Assembly: GCA_047967505.1 (NCBI GenBank)
Contig: CM106538.1
Length of the DNA: 64,000 nt
Strand: one strand, 5' to 3'
From: Dipteris shenzhenensis
Taxonomy: Eukaryota
In this document: piece after piece, positions 61,876-64,000 of the stretch
Position numbering within the stretch: position 1 is the stretch's first letter
How the letters are laid out: the number at the start of each line of letters is the position of its first letter
Notes under the pieces: generated by a model
Databases searched by the model: none
Seen by the model: the letters and a program-made list of their open reading frames with translations, nothing else
Told to the model about the DNA's origin: nothing
Made by a program: the position numbers and the translations under genes

Positions 61876-64000
61876 TGTGGGGGTTAAAGGTCACTGCGCC
61901 TTTACCCCGGTTATGTACAATACTCAAACGCATATATAAATGAATGGAAAAGAAGATTAGGGTGTTCTACACCTACCAAAAACTTGTGTGGCTCTCTGTT
62001 TCTCTCTCTCCCTCTTCCGTTTTGCTTTCGTTGAGAGCACTCTCAATTGTATAAGAGCCCGGGTGATCTAGCTGGGCATGCATGAATGCTTGGAAGCTCA
62101 GCAGCTCTATGGGAGGAAGGAGAAGCTCTGTGGGAAGCCTTGTGGGTGATTTTACTTGCATCGAAGTGCACAGAGACCTTGAAGGTACCTTTTGAAAAGT
62201 CACTTTGGTTTTGCGAAGTGGTTTTGAGAGCCTGTTAAGTGTTTTCGAAGAAAAAGTCATTTTTTTAGCTTTTCCCTATTTCGTTCGATGACAAAGACTC
62301 TGTATTGACTTGTAGAGGCAACCATTCACTTTAAGAGCTTGGAAACACCTTCATTCTTGAATTTGGGATCATTTTGTTGGATTTTCGACTCACTGTGTCA
62401 GTTTCGACGTTTTTTCTGCCTGGGTGTTAGAACTCAAGTTTGGAGCAACCATTTGCAGATCTATCAATTCCGGTGGACTCAGGAGGTCCTAAAACTTCTA
62501 TGTTGCTCATCATTCGCACTCTGGTGGAGTTTACAAACAGTTCAATTTCCAAAAACTTTTTTGAGTCTGTGTGTTGGACCCAGTGATTGAGACCATGGTT
62601 TCCAAAACCGTCCATCCCATTGCGTTTTGGACACCTAAAAACCCCTACCTATCAGTTCTTGTGCGATTCGATGGAGTATTTTTAGAGTTATAGATCTCTG
62701 TGTATTAGATTTCATCTCTCTATTATGCATCTTTCATTCTAAGGTTTTGAAACCTTAGATTTATGCCACATGGCAGTGGATAAGTGTTGACTCCCTTTTC
62801 TCACTCATCGGTTGGGATTTTGGAGTTCCAACAGAAGAAAGATATTTGTAGATTGTCTTGCTGAGCTCGATTATGCAATGGCGCCCATGTTTTGAGGCAT
62901 CTCATGTTCTATTTTCAGTAACGGTCATTGCCGTGGGACCATGATTTCATACCTTATGCAGATCACTCTGGTTGCAGTTTTTGAGCCATGTGTGCTCATT
63001 TGTAGTGTGCATTGGGTTGGAGTGGATGATTTATAGGCCATTTGGATGCATTGTGATCCTTATTGGATGCGGTAATAGGCCTAGATCACCTTGTGGGATG
63101 CTATTTTTTATGGACGCTTTGCACATGGTGCTATTTTATGCTAAGGGACAGCCATTTGACACATTGCAGGTGATGCACTGATAGTGTTATGCTCTCTTGG
63201 ATGAGATATTGTTGATGCATATGCCCATGGATGATGTTTATGCTTGAGCCATTTGGCACTTATTGGCATTTTGGATTACCATTGCAGTTGGCATTTTCTT
63301 TTAGGCCAGATTTGCTCATATGGATGCATAGTACATTCACATGAGTTAGCTGTATCTTTTGATGCTTTGAGCTTTGAGTTTTGGTGATATTTCACTCTAT
63401 TGTGGCATATGCATTTGGGTGCACCTAGTATTTGGTGTGATTCTCTCTTGTAGGCACTAGCATTTGGGATTTTGCTTTATTTGCATCATGGCATCCTCTT
63501 CCATGTCTAAAAAGGAGTTTTTCAGCATTAAAAAGTTTGATGGGAGAAACTTTTCTTTGAGGAAAGAACAGATAAGGGATGTGCTTATTCAAAAGAAGCA
63601 GATAAAACCCTTGCAAGGGATTGTAGCTAAGCTTACAACTATGTCTGCAGATGAATGGAATGAGTTGGATGCATTGGCAAAGTCTACCATTAGACTTCAT
63701 CTTGGGGAGACAATTTATTTCACAGTAGTCACTGAAAATATTACGGAAGCTTTATGGAAAAAGTTGTGTGCTACATATGAGAAAGAGACTGCCTCAAACA
63801 AATTCTATCTCATGAAGAGATTGTTTGAGTTGCACATGAAGGAGGGAGTATCCATAGCTTTGCACTTGAATGAATTTAATATCATTTTCAGTCAGCTTCA
63901 AGCTCAAAAGCTGAATTTTGATGAAACAATGAGGGCAATATTTCTCTTATGCTCATTACCATCATCATGGCATACTTTCCATACTGCTATCAGTAAATCT
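61876..64000 (+). mobile_element. Copia family E element, 5' part (LTR 61876..62045, degenerate PBS, ~1.4 kb leader, gag); runs off the window
   Basis: LTR TGTGGGGG...CACTCTCA followed by attgtataagagc (PBS-like). Confidence 0.88.
63488..64000 (+). CDS. gag: Copia (Tnt1-like) gag N-terminus, open to the window end
   Basis: ATG 63488: MASSSMSKKEFFSIKKFDGRNFSL..EWNELDALAKSTIRLHL..LWKKLCATYE..NKFYLMKRLFEL. Confidence 0.88.
   Translation, partial: MASSSMSKKEFFSIKKFDGRNFSLRKEQIRDVLIQKKQIKPLQGIVAKLTTMSADEWNELDALAKSTIRLHLGETIYFTVVTENITEALWKKLCATYEKETASNKFYLMKRLFELHMKEGVSIALHLNEFNIIFSQLQAQKLNFDETMRAIFLLCSLPSSWHTFHTAISKS

Overview
Repeat-dense intergenic window from a large plant genome. A non-seed plant is plausible but cannot be established from this sequence. 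No intact host gene is present. The window is a stack of nested, mostly decayed mobile elements. (1) Ty1/copia elements of three recurring families (called A, D and E here) plus one unassigned remnant. Family D forms a three-deep self-nested cluster at 25.8-43.2 kb, resolved by target-site duplications (TSDs). (2) Two non-autonomous LTR families, B and C; the C copy has apparently identical LTRs. (3) Gypsy/chromovirus fragments, two hAT-type remnants, a Sola2-like transposase remnant and a decayed Helitron RepHel. (4) A ~12.3 kb element with GGGGGGGTCACTT terminal inverted repeats (TIRs), carrying an intron-containing LHT amino-acid-transporter fragment and a kinase fragment. The most interesting signal appears when that TIR element is removed: frames at 8925-10100 and 22358-24190 join into one decayed ~1000-codon gene. 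It has a ParB/DGQHR-like domain and a C-terminal region resembling a degenerate beta-class DNA amino-methyltransferase, an architecture familiar from phages but here inside plant transposon DNA. All domain calls are by-eye motif recognition and need profile-HMM or structure confirmation.
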